From contig CACXGN010000015.1 of the NCBI GenBank assembly GCA_902767225.1, positions 29,526 to 93,525 on the forward strand: a DNA stretch of 64,000 nucleotides, read 5' to 3'. The position numbers and the translations under genes were made by a program. The stretch comes from an uncultured Eubacteriales bacterium (GTDB taxonomy: Bacteria > Bacillota > Clostridia > Christensenellales > Borkfalkiaceae). Shown piece after piece: positions 46,189 to 56,060 of this stretch (position 1 is the stretch's first letter; each line of letters opens with the position of its first letter). The notes under the pieces were generated by a model, which saw only the letters and a program-made list of their open reading frames with translations, was not told where the DNA came from and did no database searches.

Positions 46189-47595
46189 CTATTTAATCAA
46201 GTCCTTATAAGGTCCGTGTTTTTTATCTTTACTTGCTTTTGCCCTTATGAATATAAATCCGATTAAAATAAAGGAGTAAAAGCACATAATTCTCCAAAAT
46301 ACCATTGCGGGGAAGGCAAGCCCTTTGGCAAGCGCCGCAGAAAACATACTGTAAAACGAAAGGTCGGCAGCGCCCGAGTTACCGGGTGTGGGGAAGAATG
46401 AAACCGCCGCGTTAAGAATAACGCACAGCATAATTATCTGTATTCCTTCTACGATTATTTCCGCCAAATTATGATGTTCACCGACTATCCACCCGCCGAA
46501 ACCGAAAAGTTTAAGGGTGAAGTAGGCGATAGATAAATACGCGAACTGCTCTGCAAAGGTCAGTAAAAAGTTAACGAGCGTTAATAACGGCTTTTTCATT
46601 AACTTTTTAAGACAGCGCGAGTTTGTGGATACCGTGCGCAGGGTTCTGTAAAACAGAACGTCTTTATTTTTAACTATCTTTAATTTATAGCCTATAAATA
46701 TAAAAAAGTATACCAGTCTTGCGGAAAGCCTCGGGAAGAAGCAGAACAGCAAAACCATTAAAGGCATCATCAGTTGAAGCGAAAGCCCCACGATAGCAAG
46801 TATAAAAATTACGTCTACGGATATTATTTTATCGACGTATCTGACCGATTGCAACGCACCGACTTTTAGAAGCACCAGCGCGATAACGCCTATCGCCACG
46901 TTGGCAAAAGCGTTTATTATGTATGTTCCGATAGGGATAGAAGAAGCGTATCCGCCGCGAACGCCGTGCTTTGAAAGATAATGCACTTCAAACGGCTGAC
47001 CGCCTACGGCGAGCGGGGTAATAAAGTTATACATCTGCCCGACAATACCCGTTTCGAGATTGAGCCTAAACAGCGCTTTTCCGGTTAAGGTTTTGCAAAT
47101 AAGCGAGCGTTGAAGCCCCCTTATAAAATAGCAAGCGACGATTCCGAACGCGGCAACGAAAAGGTAATGCCATTTATTTTTAAGCGTGTTGCCTATAACT
47201 TCCCAAGAAACGGGTTCGCCGCCCGTAAAATCTTCTACTGCGGTATAAATTAAAACCGCAAGAACGAACGCTACGAAAAGGATAGTAAACGACCACTTGA
47301 AAATTTTCTGGCGTTTATTTATCGATTGCTCTTTTTCCCTGTCTATCCCCAAAAAGGTCTGCATGGCGAGTTGCTTTCTCGCTTCTTTCGAGTCCATTTT
47401 GTCAAGGTCTTTAAGCCCTAACCCTTCGGAATTTTTGACCTTATCGGTTTTATCTTCGTCGTTAACGTTTTGCGGCGCTTCCGTTTCCACGAAAATAGGT
47501 TCGCCTGTCTCTTCGTCGATATCTATTTTATTGATCGTGGGAACGACCGATTTTTTATTACGTTTTTTACTAAACATAGTATTTCGATTATACAT
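46189..47595 (-). CDS. flippase-like membrane protein (UPF0104 / MprF transmembrane-domain family)
   Basis: 468 aa, polytopic. FITPLAVGGQPFEVHYL motif typical of the lysyl-PG synthase TM region family. Confidence 0.65.
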   Translation of the reverse strand: MYNRNTMFSKKRNKKSVVPTINKIDIDEETGEPIFVETEAPQNVNDEDKTDKVKNSEGLGLKDLDKMDSKEARKQLAMQTFLGIDREKEQSINKRQKIFKWSFTILFVAFVLAVLIYTAVEDFTGGEPVSWEVIGNTLKNKWHYLFVAAFGIVACYFIRGLQRSLICKTLTGKALFRLNLETGIVGQMYNFITPLAVGGQPFEVHYLSKHGVRGGYASSIPIGTYIINAFANVAIGVIALVLLKVGALQSVRYVDKIISVDVIFILAIVGLSLQLMMPLMVLLFCFFPRLSARLVYFFIFIGYKLKIVKNKDVLFYRTLRTVSTNSRCLKKLMKKPLLTLVNFLLTFAEQFAYLSIAYFTLKLFGFGGWIVGEHHNLAEIIVEGIQIIMLCVILNAAVSFFPTPGNSGAADLSFYSMFSAALAKGLAFPAMVFWRIMCFYSFILIGFIFIRAKASKDKKHGPYKDLIK

Positions 47596-47705
47596 TACTA
47601 TAAGATAAAAGTCAACCCAAAAATCACAGTTGCGCTTTTCCGCTTGACTTTTTACGGCGGTTAAGTTAAACTTTTATAAGTAAAATTTGTCGGATTTGTT
47701 CGAAT

Positions 47706-48830
47706 ATGAAAATTGCCGTATTTACAGACAGTTTTCCGCCGAGTTTCGGCGGCGCGGAAAACGCGGTCGCAAGATATTCGGCGGCGCTGTCAAAATCGCA
47801 CGAAGTAATAGTTTTTGCACCGGATAATAATAAGCCGTATGACGACAAGGTATATCCTTTTAAGGTCGTTCGGGTGAAAAGTTTGCAGGTGTCTCCCAAC
47901 GACTATTATGCGATGCCGTTTATCGATAGAAAGGTCAAAAGAACGCTTGACGCTTTTTCGCCGGACGTTATGCACTTTCAAACCGTGGGGCAGATGGCGG
48001 CTTATTGCACGCGATACGCAAAAAAACACGGTATTCCTACCGTTTCGACAGTCCATACAAAATACTATTATTGTTATAAACACGCATTTAAAAGCACGAT
48101 CGTCAGCAAACTTTTATTAAGGTGCGTTATGAATCGCGTTAAGCGGGCGACCGCCGTTTGCGCGGTTTCCGAAAGCATGAAACAAACGCTTAAAAGTTAC
48201 GGCGTTGCTAATCCGATAACCGTAATAAGAAACGGCGGCGAAAAAAAACAACCGCCGCTTGAAAAGAACAGGCTTTCAAATAAGTTCACTTTGCTTTACG
48301 TGGGCTTAGTAATATCATATAAAAATATCGGGTTTTCCCTTTTATCTCTTGCCGAACTTAAAAAGAAGAGAGACGATTTTATTTTCTATATCGTCGGCAA
48401 AGGCCCGCATATTAAAAAGTTTTCAAAACTCAGCAAAAAGTTAGGGCTAAGTGAAAACGTGATCTTCGTCGGCGGCGTGGCGGGAAAAGAAGAACTGAAC
48501 AGATATTATAGCGGCGCCGATCTTATGCTTTTTCCGTCTATATTCGATACCGACGGATTAGTGATATTAGAAGGGGCGAATAACCGCTTGCCAACGCTTA
48601 CTATTCGCGGCACGGGCGCTTCCGAAAGGCTTACGGATAACGTTACGGGCTTTGTCGAAGAGAATTCGCCGAAGGCTTTTGCCCAAAGAATAGAAAGCCT
48701 TATGGAAAATAAAGCTTTGTTAAATACGGTAGGCGAAAACGCGGCAAATATCTTTACCGACTGGGAAACAACGGCAAAAAATTATACGAAAATTTATCAA
48801 GAAATTTTAGGCTTAAAAAAGGATAGTTAA
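47706..48830 (+). CDS. family 4 glycosyltransferase
   Basis: 374 aa. MKIAVFTDSFPPSFGGAE N-terminus and ...MLFPSIFDTDGLVILEGA. Confidence 0.75.
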   Translation: MKIAVFTDSFPPSFGGAENAVARYSAALSKSHEVIVFAPDNNKPYDDKVYPFKVVRVKSLQVSPNDYYAMPFIDRKVKRTLDAFSPDVMHFQTVGQMAAYCTRYAKKHGIPTVSTVHTKYYYCYKHAFKSTIVSKLLLRCVMNRVKRATAVCAVSESMKQTLKSYGVANPITVIRNGGEKKQPPLEKNRLSNKFTLLYVGLVISYKNIGFSLLSLAELKKKRDDFIFYIVGKGPHIKKFSKLSKKLGLSENVIFVGGVAGKEELNRYYSGADLMLFPSIFDTDGLVILEGANNRLPTLTIRGTGASERLTDNVTGFVEENSPKAFAQRIESLMENKALLNTVGENAANIFTDWETTAKNYTKIYQEILGLKKDS

Positions 48831-50054
48831 ATGAAAATTTACGAAGAATTAGTGGAGCGCGGACTTATAGCGCAAGTAACTGACGAAGAAGAAATCAAAA
48901 CGCTTATAAACAACGGGGGCGCAAGGTTTTACATAGGGTTCGACCCTACTGCGGATTCGCTGCATGTTGGGCACTTTATGGCGCTTTGTTTAATGAAAAG
49001 GCTTCAAATGGCGGGAAACAAACCCGTCGTATTAATCGGCGGCGGAACGGGCTATATCGGCGATCCTTCGGGAAGAACGGATATGCGCTCGATGATGACG
49101 CCCGAAATGATACAGCATAACTGCGATTGCTTTAAAAAGCAAATGGAAAGATTTATAGAGTTCGGCGAAGATAAAGCGATAATGGTAAACAATGCCGACT
49201 GGCTGTTAAAGCTCAACTATATCGAATTATTACGTGACGTGGGCGCGTGCTTTTCCGTAAACAATATGCTTAGGGCAGAGTGTTATAAGCAACGTATGGA
49301 AAAGGGGCTTTCTTTCCTTGAATTCAACTATATGATAATGCAGTCTTACGACTTTTATTATCTCAACACGCATTACGGTTGCAATATGCAGTTCGGGGGA
49401 GACGATCAATGGAGCAATATGCTCGGCGGCACCGAACTTATCCGCAAGAAGACGGGTAAAGACGCTTATGCCATGACGATAACCCTTTTACTTAACAGCG
49501 AAGGCAAAAAGATGGGGAAAACCGCCAAGGGCGCGGTCTGGCTCGATCCGAACAAAACTTCGCCTTTTGAATTTTATCAATATTGGCGCAACGTAGACGA
49601 CGCGGACGTTATGAAGTGCATAAAGATGCTTACCTTTATCTCGCTCGAACAGATTGCCGAAATGGAAAAGTGGGAAGATAGCAGGATCAACGAAAAGAAA
49701 GAAATTTTAGCGTATAACCTTACCGAATTAGTTCACGGAAAGGAAGAGGCTGAAAAAGCCCAAGCGGCGGCAAAAGCACTCTTTTCGGGCGACGGGGACG
49801 ACGCGAATATGCCTTCAACCGAAATTTCCGAAAGCGATCTTACGGACGGCAAGATTTTTGTATCCGACCTTATGGTTTTATGCAAACTCGCATTAAGCAA
49901 GGGCGAGGCGAAAAGGCTTATCCAGCAAGGCGGCGTAAGCGTTGACGGGGCTAAGGTAACCGACTTTACCGCATACGTAACGGTAGAAGAACTTAAAGGC
50001 GGAGTAAAGATCAAAAAGGGCAAAAAGGTATTCCATAAAGCGATTTTAGGCTAA
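48831..50054 (+). CDS. tyrS: tyrosyl-tRNA synthetase
   Basis: 407 aa. HVGH (HIGH) and KMGKT (KMSKS) motifs. C-terminal S4 domain. Confidence 0.95.
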   Translation: MKIYEELVERGLIAQVTDEEEIKTLINNGGARFYIGFDPTADSLHVGHFMALCLMKRLQMAGNKPVVLIGGGTGYIGDPSGRTDMRSMMTPEMIQHNCDCFKKQMERFIEFGEDKAIMVNNADWLLKLNYIELLRDVGACFSVNNMLRAECYKQRMEKGLSFLEFNYMIMQSYDFYYLNTHYGCNMQFGGDDQWSNMLGGTELIRKKTGKDAYAMTITLLLNSEGKKMGKTAKGAVWLDPNKTSPFEFYQYWRNVDDADVMKCIKMLTFISLEQIAEMEKWEDSRINEKKEILAYNLTELVHGKEEAEKAQAAAKALFSGDGDDANMPSTEISESDLTDGKIFVSDLMVLCKLALSKGEAKRLIQQGGVSVDGAKVTDFTAYVTVEELKGGVKIKKGKKVFHKAILG

Positions 50055-50056
50055 CA

Positions 50057-50086
50057 AAAAAAGCGTTGCGAAAAGCAACGCTTTTT
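50057..50086. terminator. bidirectional hairpin terminator (tyrS / rplI)
   Basis: GCGUUGC-GAAA-GCAACGC flanked by A-runs and T-runs. Confidence 0.8.
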
Positions 50087-50102
50087 CTATTTTAAATTTT
50101 TC

Positions 50103-50540
50103 TTATACGACCGTTACGGTGATAACGGCGGTCTCTTCCGCGGATATTCGAACGTTTACTTTATAAGCACCCGTAGACTTGATGTTAGAGTCCAAAACGA
50201 TCTTTTTCTTATCGATATCAAAGCCCATTTCGGCAAGTTTATCCGCGATCTCTTTATTAGTTATAGAGCCGAAGAACTTTCCGTTTTCACCCGTTTTTGC
50301 CTCGATCTCCACTTCCTTTTTATGGAGTGCGTCGCGAAGTTCTTTGTTTGCTTTAAGCAATTCTTTTTTGTGAAAATCCGCAGCGGCTTTTTGGTTTTTA
50401 TTGTCGTTCATAGCTTGCGCGTCCGCTTCTTTGGCAAGCCCGTTTTTAATAAGGAAATTCCTTGCGTAACCGTCTTTTGCGTCGATTATATCGCCTGCCT
50501 TTCCCGAACCTTTAACGTCTTTTATCAAAATAACTTTCAT
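50103..50540 (-). CDS. rplI: 50S ribosomal protein L9
   Basis: 145 aa. [36 protein letters not shown]. Confidence 0.95.
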   Translation of the reverse strand: MKVILIKDVKGSGKAGDIIDAKDGYARNFLIKNGLAKEADAQAMNDNKNQKAAADFHKKELLKANKELRDALHKKEVEIEAKTGENGKFFGSITNKEIADKLAEMGFDIDKKKIVLDSNIKSTGAYKVNVRISAEETAVITVTVV

Positions 50541-50681
50541 AATATTTCCCTCACGATTTAATTTTACTATGCCTTGCGCGTTTTGTCAACGAAAAGCCGC
50601 GTGCGGATACGATAAGAATAAAAAAATAAATTCAGGTATAATCTCTTTTTGTTTGCCCATAATGCTTTCAAGGAGAGAAGT

Positions 50682-50834
50682 ATGAACAGAAATTATTCTA
50701 TTAAGTGCGACGTTACAAAGTGCCAGCACAATGCCGACGGCTGCAACTGCCGTTTAGAAAGCATTAAGGTAACTTGCGGTAACGGTGAAAATTGCACCTG
50801 TTGCGGAGATTTTTGCGACAAAGAGCAGTTTTAA
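50682..50834 (+). CDS. DUF1540-family Cys-rich small protein
   Basis: 50 aa: MNRNYSIKCDVTKCQHN..GCNC..ESIKV.C. ATG 50682 follows AAGGAGAG. The track start at 50649 is unlikely. Confidence 0.75.
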   Translation: MNRNYSIKCDVTKCQHNADGCNCRLESIKVTCGNGENCTCCGDFCDKEQF

Positions 50835-50845
50835 GTTTTATCGCA

Positions 50846-50880
50846 AAAAAAGAAGGTTGCACGCGCAACCTTCTTTTTTC
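50846..50880. terminator. bidirectional hairpin terminator
   Basis: AGAAGGUUGC-ACGC-GCAACCUUCU flanked by A-runs and T-runs. Confidence 0.8.
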
Positions 50881-51047
50881 ATATATTATTCAGAAAAAAC
50901 TTCACACGCAAAAAGATAATTTCTTTTTACACTTTGATTTTATCACTAAAAAACGGCTTGTCAATAGGTTTGTGAAAAAAAGTTACAAAAAATGTTATTT
51001 TTAAAAATTGAGCCCTATTATTAAAGCGGTATAACCTTTTATATAAG

Positions 51048-51076
51048 TTGACAATTTAAATTATATCTATTATAAT
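51048..51076 (+). promoter_or_regulatory. consensus promoter of greA-lysS
   Basis: TTGACA (51048-51053), 17 bp, TATAAT (51071-51076). Confidence 0.65.
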
Positions 51077-51138
51077 ACTAATTTAGAAAGCAATAATGGA
51101 CGAAAGTCCGCATTAAATAAACGGAGGGCTATATTTTT

Positions 51139-51606
51139 ATGGCGGAAAAGGTAATACTTACCAAAGAAGGTAAAGAAGAACTCGAAAAAAGACTGGAATA
51201 CTTAAAAGTCGTTAAAAGCGTGGAAATCACCGAAAGGATCAAAACCGCGCGTGAATTCGGAGACCTTTCCGAAAACGCCGAATACGACGCAGCCAAAAAC
51301 GAACAGGCTATGGTCGAAGGCGAAATTCAGGAAATCGAAAATAAGTTAAAATATGCCGAGATCATTAAAGAAGCGCCCAAAAAAGGCACGGTTTCTCTCG
51401 GTAGCAAGGTTGACTTTATAGATGAAAGAACTGGCGAAGCACACACTTTTGAAATTGTCGGCACGACCGAAGCGGACGTAGAACTCGGCAGAATTTCAAA
51501 CGACTCTCCTATCGGCAACGCACTCCTCGGCAGAAAGGCTGGCGACACGATCACCGTAAACGTGCCGAAAGGAACGATAAATATCACGGTTAAAAAAGTT
51601 TATTAA
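51139..51606 (+). CDS. greA: transcription elongation factor GreA
   Basis: 155 aa. REFGDLSENAEYDAAKNEQ signature. Confidence 0.95.
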   Translation: MAEKVILTKEGKEELEKRLEYLKVVKSVEITERIKTAREFGDLSENAEYDAAKNEQAMVEGEIQEIENKLKYAEIIKEAPKKGTVSLGSKVDFIDERTGEAHTFEIVGTTEADVELGRISNDSPIGNALLGRKAGDTITVNVPKGTINITVKKVY

Positions 51607-51623
51607 AATCAAAGGACGAAAAA

Positions 51624-53117
51624 ATGGACGAGCAGAGAATACCCGAACAGGATCTAAGCGAAATACTTAAAATCAGGCGTGATAAACTGGACGCGCTTAA
51701 AGCCGCGGGCAAAAACCCGTTTGAAAAGGTCAAATACGACAGGACGGCGTATAGTCAGGATATTAAAGACGCTTACGAATCTTACGAAGGCAAAACCGTC
51801 GGCGTTGCGGGAAGACTTATTTCCAAAAGAATTATGGGAAAGGCGTCTTTTGCTGTGATACTCGACGGCAAAGGAACTATTCAGAGTTACCTATCGGTAA
51901 ACGATTTGGGGGACGATTATCAGGCTTTTAAAGAATACGATATAGGCGACATTATTGGCATCACGGGCGTGGTATTTAAAACCCGCACGGGGGAAGTCAG
52001 CGTGCACGCGCACTCTATTGAACTTCTCTCTAAGTCGCTTTTGCCGCTCCCCGAAAAGTATCACGGGCTTAAAGACGAAGACACCAGATACCGTCAAAGG
52101 GAAATCGACCTTATCGCTAACCCCGAAGTTAAAAAAACTTTCGTTATGCGTTCTAAAATTCTCGGCGAGATCAGAAAATATCTTGACGGCGTAGGTTATC
52201 TCGAAGTGGATACGCCCGTTTTGCAACCGTTAGAGATCGGTGCGGCGGCACGCCCGTTTAAGACCTTCCATAACGCGCTCGGAATAGATATGTTTTTAAG
52301 AATAGAAACCGAACTCTATCTTAAAAGGCTTATCGTCGGCGGGTTCGATAAGGTATACGAAGTAGGAAGAATTTTCCGTAACGAAGGTATGGATAAGTCG
52401 CATAACCCCGAATTTACCACGGTTGAAATGTATCAGGCGTATAGCGATTATTTCGATATGATGGACCTTATCGAAAATATGTATAAAACCATAACGAATA
52501 ACGTTTGCGGAACGGATAAGATCGTATATCAGGGCGTCGAAATAGATATGGGCAAAAAATGGGAAAGGCTCACTATGGTAGAGGCGGTCAAAAAATACGC
52601 AGGCGTGGATTATAACGACTGGAAGACCGACGATGAAGCAAGAGCGGTCGCAAAAGCAAAGGGCGTTACGGTAGAAGAAGGGGACGAGGCAACAAAAGGT
52701 CACGTACTTATAGCATTTTTCGACGCGTTCGTAGAAGAAAATCTCGTTCAGCCGACGATAATTTACGATTATCCGGTTGAAAATTCTCCGCTCGCGAAGA
52801 GAAAACCGTCTAACCCAGCGTTCACCGAACGTTTTGAATATTTTATATATGCTAGGGAAATGGGCAACGCCTTTTCGGAACTTAACGATCCGATAGATCA
52901 ACGCGAAAGATTCGTTAAGCAAGTTGAAGCGAAAAGAGCCAAGGGCGGAAACGACGCCAAGGTAGACGAAGATTTCGTTACCGCGCTCGAATACGGGCTT
53001 CCCCCGACGGGCGGTTTGGGATTCGGCGTAGATAGGCTCGTTATGCTTTTAACGGATAGTGCGTCGATAAGAGACGTTATTCTCTTCCCGACTATGAAAC
53101 CTATCAAAAATCAATAA
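51624..53117 (+). CDS. lysS: lysyl-tRNA synthetase (class II)
   Basis: 497 aa. OB-fold N-terminal domain, FRNEG motif 2, GGLGFGVDRLVM motif 3. Confidence 0.95.
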   Translation: MDEQRIPEQDLSEILKIRRDKLDALKAAGKNPFEKVKYDRTAYSQDIKDAYESYEGKTVGVAGRLISKRIMGKASFAVILDGKGTIQSYLSVNDLGDDYQAFKEYDIGDIIGITGVVFKTRTGEVSVHAHSIELLSKSLLPLPEKYHGLKDEDTRYRQREIDLIANPEVKKTFVMRSKILGEIRKYLDGVGYLEVDTPVLQPLEIGAAARPFKTFHNALGIDMFLRIETELYLKRLIVGGFDKVYEVGRIFRNEGMDKSHNPEFTTVEMYQAYSDYFDMMDLIENMYKTITNNVCGTDKIVYQGVEIDMGKKWERLTMVEAVKKYAGVDYNDWKTDDEARAVAKAKGVTVEEGDEATKGHVLIAFFDAFVEENLVQPTIIYDYPVENSPLAKRKPSNPAFTERFEYFIYAREMGNAFSELNDPIDQRERFVKQVEAKRAKGGNDAKVDEDFVTALEYGLPPTGGLGFGVDRLVMLLTDSASIRDVILFPTMKPIKNQ

Positions 53118-53134
53118 TTAAGGCGAAATTTACC

Positions 53135-54103
53135 GTGGATAACAAAATAACAAGGCATAGGCTATCTAATCTGCTTCAATACGAGTGGATAATAATTGCT
53201 ATCGTAACCGCGATAATAATCGTTGCGGTAAATATGCTATACGTCGTAACGGCGGTTCGGTTATCCGCAGGTCAGCATTTTCATTATTTTTTTGATGAAA
53301 ACGTGAATAACGCCTACGAAGATTCTTTTTATAATCTTCTTACCAAGGATCCGCCGGAAAATACTTTCAGTTTTGACGTTTTGGAAGTTTCCGGCGAAAA
53401 ACTTACTAAAAACTATAACCTTTTAAACACCCGCCTTACCGCAAAGGAAGGGGACGCTATTATAACCGATACCGTTCCCGTAGACTACGGCGGATATCCG
53501 TATCGCAGGGCAAACCTTTTGATCGATAATTACAGGATAACGCCCGTATATTCGTTCGAAGATCTGCTAAAAGACGCGAACGAATATCTTGATAGGTTTT
53601 ACGTCGGCGACGCGCTTGACGAAAACTCCGTTAAGGTAAACTTTGAAAAAAGAACGAAAGGCGACAACAGATTTTTAAGCGAAAAGGATAAAAAAGCGGG
53701 GCTCGAAAAAGAAATTTTAAGAATACGAAAAATCAAGTCTTCCGCCGCGCTTTTAGAAAAACTTTTAGATCTTGACGATACTCTTCCCGATGACGAGAAG
53801 TTGTTTTACAGATACACGCGCTACGAACAATCTTATAACATAGCGGCTGAAAAAGAAAAGGAAGAATATCGCGAAATTTACGAAAAGGAAAAAGCCGAAG
53901 TCGGCGAAAGAAGATACGGGCTTATAACTTCAAGGCTTACCGGCGGAGAACTAAACAGCGGAAAGTTTTTCCGTTTGACCGGCGGCGGCACGAGCGACGT
54001 GGTCATAATGTTTTTCGATCTTTTAAACTACCAGCCCGATTTGCAATTTGAAGAACTTTCCTTTTTAGATACAATAATCGGTCGTTTTTCCGACTTGAAA
54101 TAA
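53135..54103 (+). CDS. hypothetical N-terminally anchored protein
   Basis: 322 aa, GTG start. One N-terminal TM helix. No motif recognised. Confidence 0.45.
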   Translation: MDNKITRHRLSNLLQYEWIIIAIVTAIIIVAVNMLYVVTAVRLSAGQHFHYFFDENVNNAYEDSFYNLLTKDPPENTFSFDVLEVSGEKLTKNYNLLNTRLTAKEGDAIITDTVPVDYGGYPYRRANLLIDNYRITPVYSFEDLLKDANEYLDRFYVGDALDENSVKVNFEKRTKGDNRFLSEKDKKAGLEKEILRIRKIKSSAALLEKLLDLDDTLPDDEKLFYRYTRYEQSYNIAAEKEKEEYREIYEKEKAEVGERRYGLITSRLTGGELNSGKFFRLTGGGTSDVVIMFFDLLNYQPDLQFEELSFLDTIIGRFSDLK

Positions 54104-54109
54104 AAACTT

Positions 54110-55435
54110 ATGGACGATTTGAAAATTTATTCGGCAATTAAATCTTACGAAGAATCAAAGCCCGTCAGACTTCATATGCCGGGGCATAAAGGAAAGAACG
54201 TCAGCGGTCTTTCCTTTTATTCGGGATACGACGTTACAGAACTTCCCGCTCTTGATATAGAAAACGTTTTATCTTCCGCGGAAGAAGATATCGCAAAAAT
54301 CATGGGCGCAAAAAAATGCCACATACTTACCGACGGTTCGAGTGCGGGCGTGCTTTCTATGATCTACGGAATAAAAGACGTGGGCAGGCAACTTATAATC
54401 TTCCGCTCTTCGCATAAAAGCGTTTATAACGGGTTAACGCTTGCGGGGATAGAACCGATAATTATAGAAGATGATACCGAAAACGTTTTAAGCGAAGTTA
54501 AAAAAGCGGTGTCAGAAAATCCGGAAACGATCGGCGCGCTTTTAACTTACCCCGATTATTACGGAAGGGTTTTCGATATCGAAAAAGTTTCGGAATTTTT
54601 AAAAAGCAAAGGCAAACTTTTGCTTATAGACGGTGCGCACGGCAGCCATTTTAAATTCACGGGGTATCCCGTTTACGCGGGTGAATTTGCCGACGCGTGG
54701 GTAGACGGCGTGCATAAAACCAACGTCACTTTTAATCAGGGGGCGTTGCTTTTAATAAACAACGTCTTTTTAGAGCGTAGGCTTCTTTCCGCGGCGGATA
54801 TTTTTTCCACCACCAGCCCGTCTTATATAATAGCCGCGTCGGTGGAATACGGCGTTAAGTTTTTAAATGATAACAAAGACGGAAAACTTGAAAAGTTTTG
54901 CGCCGCAAAACAAAGAACGGATGACGAGATAAAGGCTCTCGGATACGTTTTATCGCATACGGACGACCCTATGAAAACCGTAATAGATTTTTATAGTTCA
55001 GGCTACGATTCTGGGAAGGCGAACGCATTTTTGGAAAAAAACGGCGTCTTTGCCGAAATGAACGACGGAAAAAACACCGTGTTTATGTTCTCCGTTTCAA
55101 ACAGCGTTAAAGACTTGAAAAGGTTTATTCTCGCATTAAAACTGTTAAAGCAAGCCGAAGGCGTTTCGGCAACGCCGCTTGCCGACGGAAAAAGGATAAA
55201 GTGCGAAAGGGTATTGCCGTATCTTTCGGCGGTGAACGCCGAATACGAATATACGCCGATAGAAGAATCGGCGGATAGAATATGCGCGGAAAACTTCGGC
55301 GTTTTGCCGCCTTGCTCGCCTATCGTCGTCGCGGGCGAAAAAATTAACGAAGAAGCTATTAACGAAGTAAAAAGCGGCAAATACGTTTTCGGTATTAAAG
55401 ACGGAAAGGTTAAAACCGTTAAGATAAGGGGATAA
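54110..55435 (+). CDS. Orn/Lys/Arg decarboxylase-family PLP enzyme (YaaO-like)
   Basis: 441 aa. HMPGHKG N-terminal motif and HKT PLP-lysine region. Sits upstream of tmk, as yaaO does in B. subtilis. Confidence 0.75.
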   Translation: MDDLKIYSAIKSYEESKPVRLHMPGHKGKNVSGLSFYSGYDVTELPALDIENVLSSAEEDIAKIMGAKKCHILTDGSSAGVLSMIYGIKDVGRQLIIFRSSHKSVYNGLTLAGIEPIIIEDDTENVLSEVKKAVSENPETIGALLTYPDYYGRVFDIEKVSEFLKSKGKLLLIDGAHGSHFKFTGYPVYAGEFADAWVDGVHKTNVTFNQGALLLINNVFLERRLLSAADIFSTTSPSYIIAASVEYGVKFLNDNKDGKLEKFCAAKQRTDDEIKALGYVLSHTDDPMKTVIDFYSSGYDSGKANAFLEKNGVFAEMNDGKNTVFMFSVSNSVKDLKRFILALKLLKQAEGVSATPLADGKRIKCERVLPYLSAVNAEYEYTPIEESADRICAENFGVLPPCSPIVVAGEKINEEAINEVKSGKYVFGIKDGKVKTVKIRG

Positions 55436-55436
55436 A

Positions 55437-56060
55437 ATGAAAGGGAAATTCGTTACTTTCGAAGGTTGCGAAGGGGTAGGCAAATCTCGCCAGATAAAAC
55501 TTCTTTGCGAATACATGGATAAAAACGGGATAAGTTACTATATTACCCGTGAGCCCGGCGGCTCGGAAATTTCCGAACAGATAAGAAACGTTATTTTAGA
55601 CGGAAAAAATTCCGCGATGACCGACGAGTGCGAAGCCCTTTTATACGCCGCGGCAAGAGCGCAACTTTTGACCGAGGTGATAGAACCAAGGCTCTCTTCC
55701 GGCGAACTGGTTTTCTGCGATAGGTATATCGATTCTTCGCTAGCCTATCAAGGTTATGCAAGGGGGCTTGGGGAAGAGTTCGTTTCGGCGATAAACTCTT
55801 TTGCGATAAAAAACTTTACTCCCGACTGCACGGTATTTTTAAAACTTTCGCCCGAGGCAGCCTTTAAAAGAAAGGGCGGGGTAGACACTTCGGACAGAGT
55901 CGAACTTTCGGGTATGGATTTTCACAATAGGGTTTACGAAGGTTATTTGCGCCTTGCCGAGAAACATGCGGACAGGTTTTGCGTTATCGACGCTTCCGGC
56001 ACTAAGGAAGAAACGCATCAAAAGATCGTCGCCGCGCTCAAAGAGCGGGGAATTATCTGA
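55437..56060 (+). CDS. tmk: dTMP (thymidylate) kinase
   Basis: 207 aa. FEGCEGVGKS P-loop and DRYIDSSLAYQG. Confidence 0.95.
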   Translation: MKGKFVTFEGCEGVGKSRQIKLLCEYMDKNGISYYITREPGGSEISEQIRNVILDGKNSAMTDECEALLYAAARAQLLTEVIEPRLSSGELVFCDRYIDSSLAYQGYARGLGEEFVSAINSFAIKNFTPDCTVFLKLSPEAAFKRKGGVDTSDRVELSGMDFHNRVYEGYLRLAEKHADRFCVIDASGTKEETHQKIVAALKERGII

